From positions 92,088 through 156,087 of the forward strand of contig CAZOFH010000002.1 of NCBI GenBank assembly GCA_964579205.1: a stretch of 64,000 bases of DNA, written 5' to 3'. Of the stretch, positions 46,297 through 55,872 are shown piece by piece. Source of the DNA: an uncultured Christensenella sp. GTDB lineage: Bacteria > Bacillota > Clostridia > Christensenellales > UBA1242. The position numbers were made by a program, and so were the translations under genes. The notes below the pieces were generated by a model that was given only the letters and a program-made list of their open reading frames with translations, searched no databases and had not been told where the DNA came from. Position 1 is the first letter of the stretch; every line of letters begins with the position of its first letter.

Positions 46297-47484
46297 ATGT
46301 TTAACAAGGTAACTTTACGAGAAATGGTACTCAAAGGCAAACGCGTCTTGCTACGCGTGGACTTTAACGTGCCGCTAAACTCAAATTTGCAGATAACTAA
46401 TGACAAAAGGATTCGCGAGACTTTGCCTACTATCCAGTATCTCATTGAGCGCGAAGCAAAAATCATTATCATTAGCCATCTTGGGCGCCCAGAGGGCAAG
46501 GTAGCGCCTGAGTTTTCGCTCAAGCCTGTGGCAGACGCTTTGCGCGCGATGCTGCACCGACCTATTCTTTTGGCGAACGATGTCGCAGGTGCTGAGACGT
46601 ATCGCTATGTAAGGTCGATGAAAGAGGGCGATATCGTGATGATGGAAAACTTGCGCTTTGACCCTAGAGAGACTGCCAATGATGACGAATTCGCAAAAGA
46701 ATTGGCGGGCGTGGCGGATTTGTACTGCAATGACGCCTTTGGCACAATGCACCGCGAGCATACCAGCACATCAAAGATTGCTGAATACCTGCCTAGTTGC
46801 GTAGGGCTGCTAGCGGAAAAGGAATTGCAAATCCTAGGTCACGCGACTACCGACCCAAAGCGTCCTTTTGTAGTAATCATTGGTGGAGTAAAAATCAAGG
46901 ACAAGATTACCCTGATTAGTCGAATGATTGATGTCGCAGATGTGGTGCTGATAGGCGGAGCAATGGCATATACATTCTTGCGTGCGCAGGGCTACTCGGT
47001 CGGGCGCTCTATAATAGAAAAGGACAAAGTGCAGTTGGCACGCCTGCTATTAGAAAAAGCCAAGACTCAAGGCACAAAAATCGTTCTGCCTACCGACCAC
47101 GTCGTAGCAGGGGAATTTAGTTTTGCTGCCGATTCTGCTACCGCTTCGACCAAGCGCTTTCCTCGTACCGCTATCGGTATGGATATAGGACCTAGCACGG
47201 TGCGCGCTTTTAGACATTATATTAGCAAGGCGGCTACCGTGCTGTGGAATGGTCCGCTAGGAGTCGCCGAATTCCAAAAATTCGCCAAGGGGACTACCCA
47301 AATCGCTGAGGCGCTCGCCGATGCAAAGGCATTTACAATCGTAGGCGGCGGCGATAGTGCGCGCTTTATCGAGCAGTTGAACCTGCAGGACAAAATCAAC
47401 CACGTGTCTACTGGCGGCGGCGCTATGCTAAAACTCCTAGAGGGCGTGGAGTTGCCCGGGCTAAAAAATATCAGTGACAAGTAA
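46297..47484 (+). CDS. pgk: phosphoglycerate kinase
   Basis: RVDFNVPL, SHLGRP and the C-terminal STGGGAMLKLLEG. Confidence 0.95.
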   Translation: MFNKVTLREMVLKGKRVLLRVDFNVPLNSNLQITNDKRIRETLPTIQYLIEREAKIIIISHLGRPEGKVAPEFSLKPVADALRAMLHRPILLANDVAGAETYRYVRSMKEGDIVMMENLRFDPRETANDDEFAKELAGVADLYCNDAFGTMHREHTSTSKIAEYLPSCVGLLAEKELQILGHATTDPKRPFVVIIGGVKIKDKITLISRMIDVADVVLIGGAMAYTFLRAQGYSVGRSIIEKDKVQLARLLLEKAKTQGTKIVLPTDHVVAGEFSFAADSATASTKRFPRTAIGMDIGPSTVRAFRHYISKAATVLWNGPLGVAEFQKFAKGTTQIAEALADAKAFTIVGGGDSARFIEQLNLQDKINHVSTGGGAMLKLLEGVELPGLKNISDK

Positions 47485-47498
47485 TCGGAGGTGTGATG

Positions 47499-48215
47499 AT
47501 GAAGTACGTTTTGGGTAATTGGAAGATGAATATGTCGGTCGACCGAATTCGCGATTTTGATGCGAATTTTGTGACGGAAAATACGCCCGATATTATGCTA
47601 GGCTTGGCTGTGCCGTCTATTTATCTAGGCTGCTCTATCGGGCTAAACGATAGGGCTAGCGTGGGGCTGCAGAATGTCAGCGAATTTGAGCACGGTGCGT
47701 ACACAGGCGAGATTTCTGCTGCTATGGCGCAGGATATGGCGGCGGATTTTTGCCTAGTCGGTCATAGCGAGCGGCGAAAGTATTATGGCGAAACGAACGC
47801 CGTGGTCAATCAAAAAATCTCGAGGCTCATAGAGGCAGGTATTCGCCCTGTATTGTGTATCGGAGAAACTCTCGCCGAATATGAGGCAGGTGAGACAAAG
47901 GTAGTTTTGCAGCGGCAGATTACCAATGCGCTCAAAGGTATCGACCTCTCAGGGCTCATCGTAGCCTATGAGCCTGTCTGGGCTATCGGCACGGGAAAGT
48001 CCGCGAGTACCGAGATAATCGACGAAGTTTGCGGCTTTGTATCCGAGTGTTTGTCGAATATGGGCGGCTCGGAGGTTCCTATACTATACGGCGGCAGTGT
48101 GAATAGCACCAATGCTACCGATATCGCGAGACTCGACACGGTAGACGGCGTGCTAGTTGGCGGCGCAAGTATGGATGCTAGTGAATTTTTGGCTATCAAA
48201 AAGGCATTTTGTTAG
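47499..48215 (+). CDS. tpiA: triose-phosphate isomerase
   Basis: GNWKMN, VGHSERR and AYEPVWAIGTG. ATG 47499 lies 7 nt after GGAGG (alternatives 47496 and 47493). Confidence 0.95.
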   Translation: MKYVLGNWKMNMSVDRIRDFDANFVTENTPDIMLGLAVPSIYLGCSIGLNDRASVGLQNVSEFEHGAYTGEISAAMAQDMAADFCLVGHSERRKYYGETNAVVNQKISRLIEAGIRPVLCIGETLAEYEAGETKVVLQRQITNALKGIDLSGLIVAYEPVWAIGTGKSASTEIIDEVCGFVSECLSNMGGSEVPILYGGSVNSTNATDIARLDTVDGVLVGGASMDASEFLAIKKAFC

Positions 48216-48224
48216 GAGGAAATA

Positions 48225-49754
48225 GTGATTACAAAAAGACCTGTTTTGGGAATTATTTTGGACGGATTTGGCTACCGAAAAGAAAAGGTGGGCAACCCTG
48301 TGTTTGAGGCGAAAATGCCTTTTTATGACAAACTGATGAGCGAATTTCCGCACACAACGCTATTCGCTAGCGAAGAATATGTCGGGCTACCCAAAGGGCA
48401 AATGGGCAATAGTGAGGTCGGGCATATCAACCTCGGCGCAGGTAGAGTGGTTTATCAAGACTTTATGCGCATCAACAATGCGATTAGCGACGGCTCTTTA
48501 GTCAAAAATAAGGTGTTAGACGATATGATAGAGCGCGTGGTGACGCAGGACAAAACGCTGCATTTTTGTGGGCTAGTCTCAAATGGCGGCATACATAGTA
48601 GCATCGACCACCTCAAGTTTTTGATAAATTACGCTGCTAGCCGTGGAGTCCGAAAAATCAAAGTGCACTGCTTTACCGATGGGCGCGATACTCCGCCTGA
48701 TAGCGGCGCCCGCTTTGTCCAAGAGATTGAGAATTTGTTGGGTAGGCTGGGCGTAGGTGAGATCGCTACCGTGGTAGGTAGGTTTTATGGAATGGATAGA
48801 GAGGAGCGCTGGAATAGGACGCAGACCGCGTTTAACCTGATTGTTTCGGGAGAAGGGACTCGCAAAAATGCTATCTATGACGCTTTTAGTGAGACCTATG
48901 ACCAAAAAATCAGTGACGAATTTATGCCGCCATATGCGCTAGGCGGGTACCAAGGTATGGAGGCTGGCGACGAGATTTTCTTCTTTAACTTTCGCCCCGA
49001 CAGGATGCGTCAGTTGTCCAATGCCTTTGTGACCAAAAACTTTGCGTGTTTTAACAATCGCAATTTGCCTAAAATTCACGCCACCGCTATGTGCATGTAT
49101 GACGAAAAACAAAATAACCTGCCGTACCTTTTTGGCGCAAATATCCCGTCAAACACCTTGTCATACCGCTTGAGTAAAATCGGGTACAAGCAGCTCAAAC
49201 TCGCCGAAACGACCAAGTACGCGCACGTGACATATTATTTTAATGGTGGTATCGAAAAGCCATTTAAGGGGGAAAAGCGAATTTTGGTCGAGAGCAAGTT
49301 TATTGACAATTTCGCCGATTATCCGACTATGCGCGCCCCCGAGATTGCTGCCACCGCGGTAGAAGAATTGCAAAAGGGTATATACGATTTTGTATTGATA
49401 AACTTTAGCAACTGCGATATGATAGGGCACACAGGCGATTTTGATGCGTGCGTAGAGACTTTGGAGGTGGTGGACAAGGCGCTACAAAAGGTGGTCACCG
49501 CCGCTACCGAGGCAGGGTATACCTGCGTGATAACTGCCGATCACGGCAATATCGAGGACTTGCGAAAGACCAACGGTAGGAATACCACTCATACACTCAA
49601 CCCAGTGCCGCTCATTATCACAGACAAGACTCTAAAAATAAAAGAAAAGCATTTTGCTCTTGACTCTTTCGCCCCAACTGTGCTACACTTAATGAAACTC
49701 TACCAGCCTGCAGAGATGACTGGCGAGAGCGTGATTTGGGAGGAAGAAGAGTGA
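48225..49754 (+). CDS. gpmI: 2,3-bisphosphoglycerate-independent phosphoglycerate mutase
   Basis: ILDGFG, GNSEVGHINLGAGR, DGRDTPP and ADHGN. GTG start behind AGGAGGA. Confidence 0.95.
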   Translation: MITKRPVLGIILDGFGYRKEKVGNPVFEAKMPFYDKLMSEFPHTTLFASEEYVGLPKGQMGNSEVGHINLGAGRVVYQDFMRINNAISDGSLVKNKVLDDMIERVVTQDKTLHFCGLVSNGGIHSSIDHLKFLINYAASRGVRKIKVHCFTDGRDTPPDSGARFVQEIENLLGRLGVGEIATVVGRFYGMDREERWNRTQTAFNLIVSGEGTRKNAIYDAFSETYDQKISDEFMPPYALGGYQGMEAGDEIFFFNFRPDRMRQLSNAFVTKNFACFNNRNLPKIHATAMCMYDEKQNNLPYLFGANIPSNTLSYRLSKIGYKQLKLAETTKYAHVTYYFNGGIEKPFKGEKRILVESKFIDNFADYPTMRAPEIAATAVEELQKGIYDFVLINFSNCDMIGHTGDFDACVETLEVVDKALQKVVTAATEAGYTCVITADHGNIEDLRKTNGRNTTHTLNPVPLIITDKTLKIKEKHFALDSFAPTVLHLMKLYQPAEMTGESVIWEEEE

Positions 49755-49981
49755 GTTTTGCTATGATGCTGGGGCTATTCGACCCTTTGCTAAACTGGAT
49801 TAGGTCATTCAGTCAGATGACCAAGGGTATTATTATACTAGTCGCCCTAATGCTGAGTTTTTTGTGCTTGGCAAAGACTTTTAACGTGGGCAAAAACCAC
49901 GCCGAGCGCCCTATTAGGTGGCTGATGTTTGGGCTGTGCCTCGTGTTTATGGGGATTGCAGTGTTAGTCGGACTGGTATAA
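49751..49981 (+). CDS. small 2-TM membrane protein (putative), translationally coupled to gpmI
   Basis: GTG 49751 overlaps the gpmI stop (GTGA) and is preceded by GGGAGGA with a 6-nt spacer. Hydrophobic segments GIIILVALMLSFLCLA and WLMFGLCLVFMGIAVLVGLV. Confidence 0.45.
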   Translation: MSFAMMLGLFDPLLNWIRSFSQMTKGIIILVALMLSFLCLAKTFNVGKNHAERPIRWLMFGLCLVFMGIAVLVGLV

Positions 49982-50078
49982 AAAGAAAAAATTTTTTCAA
50001 ATTGCTTGAAAATCCTGTGAGTATGTGATATAATACTTTCACTAAATTTTTATTTGGCTAATATTTTGGAGGACATTT

Positions 50079-50390
50079 ATGTATCTATTTGGTTTGTTGG
50101 GCGCTGGTTTGCCTGAATGGGTGACTACCTTGGTTCCCGTGCTCAAGATTATCTTTGTGTCATATATCGGTCTTGCGGCTATCGCTATGACAGTGCTGAT
50201 TTTGATGCAGCCTAGCAATTCGCAGGGCGGTATCACTGGCGTCACCGGTACTACCGACACATACTATTCGCACAACAAGGGTGCGACAAAAGAGGGCAGG
50301 ATGAAGCGTGCTACTACTTGGCTAGCGATTTCTGTCATTGTGGTAGTCGTGCTGTTCTTTGTGTTGGATATGCTCGTTTACAGTGCGTAA
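50079..50390 (+). CDS. secG: preprotein translocase subunit SecG
   Basis: Two TM helices around LMQPSNSQGGITGVTG (SecG Gly-rich loop). GGAGG RBS. Synteny secG-rnr-smpB-ssrA as in Bacillus. Confidence 0.75.
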   Translation: MYLFGLLGAGLPEWVTTLVPVLKIIFVSYIGLAAIAMTVLILMQPSNSQGGITGVTGTTDTYYSHNKGATKEGRMKRATTWLAISVIVVVVLFFVLDMLVYSA

Positions 50391-50455
50391 TGAGTTTTTA
50401 GGAGAGGAAGGGGGTCTTTCTCTCTTTTCTGTTTTGTATACTTTTTGGGGGTATT

Positions 50456-52585
50456 ATGGAGAATATTATTGATTTCATTAGACAAAATCAACTGAATTTT
50501 AGGAATAGGACAGAGTTGGCGCGCTTTGTCGCAGAAGGGCTGGGGATGGATTTTACCGCGGCTTATTTGGCTATCGGCGAGATGATAGACAATGGCGATT
50601 TGGTCATCGAGGGCAGTGACAAGTTGGCTCTGCCTGAGGCGCTCGGCTTGCGCAAGGGGATTTTGATGGGCAATGCCAAGGGCTTCGCTTTTTGCAAATT
50701 TATCGACTTAGCCGACGGCGAAGAAATGCCTGACGTCTTTATCCCTCCGACCAAGTTAAAGAATGCCCTGCACAAGGACACCGTTTTTGTCAAAGTGCGC
50801 CACGTGGGTGACAAGACTGAGGGCGAGGTCATCAAGATTATCGAGCGAAACAACCGCAATATCGTGGGCACGCTAGATGTTGTCAATGACAAATTGGCGT
50901 TTGTCAAACCCGACGATACTCGTATTAGCAAGGATATTTTGGTTCGCAATCACAAGAAATTCAAAATCGGTGCTAATGACAAAATTGTTTGCCGCATCAC
51001 TCGGTACAACAATGGCGACAAAAATCCTCAAGGTGTCATCACCGAGGTCTTGGGGCTGAATGGCAATCCTAATGTCGAGATGCTGGCGATAATTCGTGAG
51101 AATGAGTTGTATTCGGAATTTGAGCCCGAGGTGCTGACAGAGGCGCGCACTTTGCCTCAGACCGTGACCGCCGAGGCAAAACGCGGCCGTCGCGACTTTA
51201 CCGACCTCGATATCGTGACTATTGACGGCGACGATACTCGCGATATTGACGACGCCGTGAGTATTGAGGAGCACCCAGACGGCACATTTACTCTAGGTGT
51301 GCACATTGCTGATGTCAGCCACTACGTCCGTCCGAATTCGCCACTGGACCAAGAGGCGTACAAGCGTGGTACTAGTGTGTATTTCCCAGGCGAAGTATAC
51401 CCGATGCTTCCCAAAGAATTGAGTAATGGTATCTGTTCGCTCAATCCAAAGGTCGATAGGCTCACCTTGTCTGTCATTATGCAAATTGACGAAAAAGGCA
51501 AGGTATTCGATTACGAAATTTGTGAGGGTGTCATCCGTTCGCGAGAGCAGATGACCTATAATAATGTATTCGCAATTCTCAATGACGACCCCGAGGTTTG
51601 CGCAAAGTATGCGTATTTGGTGGACAAGTTCAAGTCAATGCAAAAACTGCACCGCCTGCTCTTGGCTACTCGCAAAAAACGCGGCGCTCTCGAGTTCGAT
51701 TTGCCAGAATGTGAGTTTGAAATGGATGAGACTGGGCACGTCTTGGATGTCAAATTGCACGAGCGCAACGAGGCGCATCTGCTGATTGAGTCTTTTATGC
51801 TGATAGCCAACGAGACTGTGGCGCACGCTTGCGACAAGGAGAAAATTCCTTTCCTTTACCGTGTGCACGAGCAGCCCGATAGTGAAAAGATGTTTGATTT
51901 CTTTCAGTTCGCGGGGCAGTTTGGATACAAGGTCGCCGATAACCCTGAGAAAGTTACACCAAAGCAACTACAGCAGTTATTATGCACTGTAGAGGGCAAG
52001 CCTTGCGAGCCGCTCATCAATTCGGTGATGCTCCGCAGTCTCCAAAAAGCCCGCTATCATACCAAGAATTTGGGGCACTTTGGTATCGCTGCCGTGGATT
52101 ATTGCCACTTTACATCACCGATTAGGAGATATCCAGACCTGTTTATACATAGAATGATAAAGAAATTCTACCTGCGCAACAAGGACAAAAAGGAAATGGA
52201 GCGCTGGCAGGAATTTGCCGAAGAGGCGGCGCTAGTCACGAGTGAGCGCGAGAGACTAGCCGAGGCTGCCGAGCGTCAAGTCGATGACCTCAAAAAGGCA
52301 GACTTTATGCAGGATAAAATCGGCAATGTCTATGAGGGCGTGGTCACAGGATGTACCAATTTTGGCGTGTTTGTCGGGCTAGAGAATACGGTAGAGGGTA
52401 TGTGTTCGCTCGAGAATTTGCCTGTGGACAACTATATATTGATGGAGAAATTGTTTAAGTTAGCGGGTACCAAACACGATTATCAACTAGGACAAAGAGT
52501 GGTAGTCGAGGTGGAAAGTGTAAACTTGCGCCGTAGACAAGTCAACTTTAAAATTTTGGACAAAAAGCCCGAAAAAGAATACTAA
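50456..52585 (+). CDS. rnr: ribonuclease R
   Basis: Cold-shock-like N-domains, RNB catalytic domain (TIDGDDTRDIDDAVS, HFGIAAVDYCHFTSPIRRYPDL) and a C-terminal S1 domain. Confidence 0.95.
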   Translation: MENIIDFIRQNQLNFRNRTELARFVAEGLGMDFTAAYLAIGEMIDNGDLVIEGSDKLALPEALGLRKGILMGNAKGFAFCKFIDLADGEEMPDVFIPPTKLKNALHKDTVFVKVRHVGDKTEGEVIKIIERNNRNIVGTLDVVNDKLAFVKPDDTRISKDILVRNHKKFKIGANDKIVCRITRYNNGDKNPQGVITEVLGLNGNPNVEMLAIIRENELYSEFEPEVLTEARTLPQTVTAEAKRGRRDFTDLDIVTIDGDDTRDIDDAVSIEEHPDGTFTLGVHIADVSHYVRPNSPLDQEAYKRGTSVYFPGEVYPMLPKELSNGICSLNPKVDRLTLSVIMQIDEKGKVFDYEICEGVIRSREQMTYNNVFAILNDDPEVCAKYAYLVDKFKSMQKLHRLLLATRKKRGALEFDLPECEFEMDETGHVLDVKLHERNEAHLLIESFMLIANETVAHACDKEKIPFLYRVHEQPDSEKMFDFFQFAGQFGYKVADNPEKVTPKQLQQLLCTVEGKPCEPLINSVMLRSLQKARYHTKNLGHFGIAAVDYCHFTSPIRRYPDLFIHRMIKKFYLRNKDKKEMERWQEFAEEAALVTSERERLAEAAERQVDDLKKADFMQDKIGNVYEGVVTGCTNFGVFVGLENTVEGMCSLENLPVDNYILMEKLFKLAGTKHDYQLGQRVVVEVESVNLRRRQVNFKILDKKPEKEY

Positions 52586-52682
52586 ATAGCGAAAATTTGA
52601 GCCGATTTGCACAAAAAATCTAATTAATTTGCAAAAAGGTATTGAAAAATTTTTTAAATATGATATAATTAGGAGTGTAGGA

Positions 52683-53132
52683 ATGAAAGTCGTTGCTACC
52701 AATCGGCGAGCGAACTACGAGTACTTTGTCTTGGACAAATATGTCGCAGGTGTGGTTTTGGTCGGCTCTGAGGTCAAGGCTATTCGGGCGAACAGTGCTA
52801 GTATTACCGATGCTTTTGTCACTGTTCGAGATGGTGAGGCATATGTAGTGAATATGTATGTCAAGGGGTATAGTCAGGCGAATGCTTTTGCACCAGACGA
52901 GCGCAGGACGCGCAAGTTGTTGCTCAACAAGTCAGAGATTGACGCGTTGGCTGCTGCCACTCAGCAAAAGGGGTTGACAGTCGTGCCTCTCAAGTTGTTT
53001 TTTGATAGGTCATTTGTTAAACTTGAGATTGCTGTGTGTCGTGGTAAAAAGATGTATGACAAGCGACAGAGTATCAAGTCGAGGGATATCAGTAGGGATG
53101 TCGCCCGTGATGTAAAATCTGCTAGTTTTTAG
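52683..53132 (+). CDS. smpB: SsrA-binding protein SmpB
   Basis: MKVVATNRRANYEYFV..., GSEVKAIR and KLLLNKSEI. Start at ATG 52683 behind AGGAG, with a TTGAAA-17-TATAAT promoter upstream. Confidence 0.95.
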   Translation: MKVVATNRRANYEYFVLDKYVAGVVLVGSEVKAIRANSASITDAFVTVRDGEAYVVNMYVKGYSQANAFAPDERRTRKLLLNKSEIDALAAATQQKGLTVVPLKLFFDRSFVKLEIAVCRGKKMYDKRQSIKSRDISRDVARDVKSASF

Positions 53133-53152
53133 ACGATACTTCCCCTCATTAT

Positions 53153-53560
53153 GGGGGCGTACTGGTTTTGACAGGTGGATCGCACATTTTATTCAGCATA
53201 CCGCAGGCTCGTCTGCGCTACCAACGGGAATTAAATTTAAATGCTAACAAGCAATCTACGAGCTATATGCCTGCTACCAACTTTGATACAGCATACGCTT
53301 ACTAAGTCCTTAGTTTTTTTAGGACAGTTCTATTGTCGACCGAGCGGCTTTGTGGGTGGACAGTAGGGCTTCAACCCGACACAATTAGCCCCTCAGAGTT
53401 TTGTGACTATCCGAAATTTTGAGGTAATAGATAGTCTTGGTATCTGACGGTTTGTCCTTGCATCCTAGATATCAATCCCCCCCAAAAAATGGACTAAGTA
53501 TGTAGTAAGGATAGAATAGGCACCATTTGGACATGGGTTCGACTCCCATCGCTTCCACCA
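53153..53560 (+). ncRNA. ssrA: tmRNA (ssrA)
   Basis: 5' GGGGGCG pairs with 3' CGCTTCC-A-CCA, including G3:U70. T arm GGGTTCGACTCCC. The tag reading frame GCT AAC AAG ... TAC TAA (53243-53305) is followed by the helix GTCCT...AGGAC. Lies directly downstream of smpB. Confidence 0.9.
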
Positions 53561-53598
53561 GTATTACAAGAATACAAAAATTTTTAGGAGAAAGGAAA

Positions 53599-54753
53599 AT
53601 GCAAGCATTTATAGAAGCAATTTTGAATGTTTTGACCATTGTCGCTCTGATTTCTGCCACAGCATTTATTATCATCTTTTTGGTTGACTTGTTTATGTCT
53701 ATTACCAACAAGAATGGTGCAATCTTCTTTCGCGGTAAAGGCGAGGCAGACTCAGGTGAGATTAGACCCAAGGTAGACCAGCAGTCCAAAGAGGCTCAGC
53801 CTGCCCCTGAGGTGGAGGCGCGCCCTCAAGTGATGGAGCAGCCTATCGAGATGGCAGAGCCTGTGCAGTCTTGGGATGAGGAGGCTGCTCTGCGTGAGCA
53901 GCAGGCCATTGCCAACCGTGACAACGAGATTATGCTACTCGACGAGCCTCTCGAGAATAGAGAGCAAAAGCAGCAGCAGTTCGTCAGCGATTTTGACGAC
54001 TTTGATTCATTGTTTGAAGATGTCAAGATTGAGCCTGATATGGCAGAAAAGGCTGATGAGCCTGTGATTGACTTTGACTCTATGATTGACGAAATCAACA
54101 AGGAATGCGTGACCTCATACGAGGCTAGCAAAAAGGTTGAGATTGTCGAGCCAATCAGCGAGGCTTTGGAGGAAATCGCTACCCCTGAGGGTGAGGACTT
54201 TGGAGTAAAGGAGACCGCCGAGGACAAGGTAGAGGCTATTCTTATGGAGCAAAGTGAGGCTCAAGAGACTACACAAGAGGCAGTCGAGGCAAAGATTGTC
54301 AATGTTTATGAGTTCTTCCCACTTGACGCATTGAATGAGCGTCTTGAGAAACTAAAAGAGAGATTAAAGATTAATGAGCGCGACCTCAAGGCTAACAGAA
54401 AAGAGTACACTCCGTTGGCTAGGGTAAACCGCAGTCTCAAGCGTGACCAAGAGAAGTTGCGCAGAAAAGAGGCAGTCATCGCGCGCAAAAAAGTTTTGCT
54501 CTACGGCGTAAACAACTATGTCGACATTGACGAGGAAAAAGCCAAAAAACTCAGTGAAGACTTGGACTTGTTGGACGGGTTGAGATTGTCTGTACAACAT
54601 TGTGAAGAGGTTATGGAGCAAAACAAAGACCGCTTCCCGATTTTGGAGAGCACAAACCGTATATTGGTTGACCAAAACAAGCAAATCAAAGAGGATATCG
54701 CCGAGGTAAAGGCTGCTATCGAAAAACTCAATCAAGAAAGCAACGACGAATAA
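53599..54753 (+). CDS. membrane-anchored acidic coiled-coil protein, function unknown
   Basis: Start at ATG 53599 behind AGGAGAAAGG; the ORF-track start at 53527 would lie inside the tmRNA. One N-terminal TM (LTIVALISATAFIIIFLVDLF), an E/D/Q-rich middle and a heptad-like K/E/L-rich C-terminus. Confidence 0.6.
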   Translation: MQAFIEAILNVLTIVALISATAFIIIFLVDLFMSITNKNGAIFFRGKGEADSGEIRPKVDQQSKEAQPAPEVEARPQVMEQPIEMAEPVQSWDEEAALREQQAIANRDNEIMLLDEPLENREQKQQQFVSDFDDFDSLFEDVKIEPDMAEKADEPVIDFDSMIDEINKECVTSYEASKKVEIVEPISEALEEIATPEGEDFGVKETAEDKVEAILMEQSEAQETTQEAVEAKIVNVYEFFPLDALNERLEKLKERLKINERDLKANRKEYTPLARVNRSLKRDQEKLRRKEAVIARKKVLLYGVNNYVDIDEEKAKKLSEDLDLLDGLRLSVQHCEEVMEQNKDRFPILESTNRILVDQNKQIKEDIAEVKAAIEKLNQESNDE

Positions 54754-54800
54754 TAAGTAATATCGGGCGTTTTGAGCAGATTTTGCTCATCGCTCATCAT

Positions 54801-54839
54801 AGACATATTAGTTTAGTTTGACTAATATGTCTTTTTTTT
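54801..54839 (+). terminator. rho-independent terminator
   Basis: AGACATATTAG-10 nt-CTAATATGTCT followed by T7. Confidence 0.8.
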
Positions 54840-54921
54840 GTCTCAGGCGTTTGCAATTATTGCGTTTTTCTGCTAAAATATAATGCTGGTGCATAAATTA
54901 AGAGATAGGAGTAATGGGCTT

Positions 54922-55860
54922 ATGTGGTTCAAAAATATTTTCAAGCGACCTTCGACGCGTGCAATAGAGAATGCTGCACCGGGCGAAGTGTTGCATCCGC
55001 TCAAACTCGGCTTGGCACTCAGTGGCGGCGGAATGTACGGTGTCGCGTATATCGGAGTTTTTCGCGCTTTTGCCGAGGCTGGGCTAAAATTTGACTATGT
55101 CGCAGGTACTTCGGCGGGTTCGTTATTCGGCGCCGCGTATTGCGCGGGGCTGACGCCCAAACAAATGGAGGATATCGCGCTCAATATGCGCTCAAAAGAT
55201 GTCTTGAGTAGCAAGTTTATCTTTGTCCCCAACAAGACTGAGAAAATTGAGAGTTTTGTCGAGACTATTCTGGACGGTAGGAGTTTTGAGGACCTCAAGA
55301 TGCCTTTTTGTGCGGTCGCCGTTGATGTGATTTCGGGCGAAGAATTGCACTTGCGTACCGGTAGCCTCAGCAAATCTGTCGCAGGGTCGTGCGCTTTTCC
55401 GGGAGTGTTTACCGCTATCGACTATCCGCCATTTAGGCTGGTGGACGGCGGCATTATGAATAACATTCCTAGCGATGTCGTCAGAGAAATGGGCGCCGAT
55501 GTCGTGCTGGCAGTCGACCTCAATCCTAGCCGCGGCTCGGGTACAGACAGTACCAAATATTTTGACATTCTCAAGGCTTCATTGAGAATTATGACCAAGT
55601 CAAACTCGTATAGGGGGTATGTCTATGCCGACCATTTGCTCAAACTCGACCTAGCCGAATTCAAGCAGTTCAAAATGGAGGGCTTGCAAGAGATGATACA
55701 GATTGGCTACGATATGGCAAAGGCGGATATGCCGAATATTCTCAAGACTCTAGGTATGCGCGTGCCTAATGAGAGTATTCGCGAGACGGCTGCGAGGATT
55801 GCCGAAATGCAAAAACGCGCCAAACAAATCGCAAAACACAACAAGAAAAAAGAAAAATAG
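54922..55860 (+). CDS. patatin-like phospholipase
   Basis: Oxyanion GLALSGGGMYG, nucleophile elbow GTSAG and catalytic Asp in VDGGIMNNIP. Start is probably ATG 54922 (ORF-track start 54883 is possible). Confidence 0.8.
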   Translation: MWFKNIFKRPSTRAIENAAPGEVLHPLKLGLALSGGGMYGVAYIGVFRAFAEAGLKFDYVAGTSAGSLFGAAYCAGLTPKQMEDIALNMRSKDVLSSKFIFVPNKTEKIESFVETILDGRSFEDLKMPFCAVAVDVISGEELHLRTGSLSKSVAGSCAFPGVFTAIDYPPFRLVDGGIMNNIPSDVVREMGADVVLAVDLNPSRGSGTDSTKYFDILKASLRIMTKSNSYRGYVYADHLLKLDLAEFKQFKMEGLQEMIQIGYDMAKADMPNILKTLGMRVPNESIRETAARIAEMQKRAKQIAKHNKKKEK

Positions 55861-55872
55861 GAGGGAGAGAAT

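Noticed and set aside
53527-53598. ORF-track start at 53527 for the downstream protein.
   Set aside because: It would lie inside the tmRNA 3' domain. An ATG with a good SD exists at 53599.
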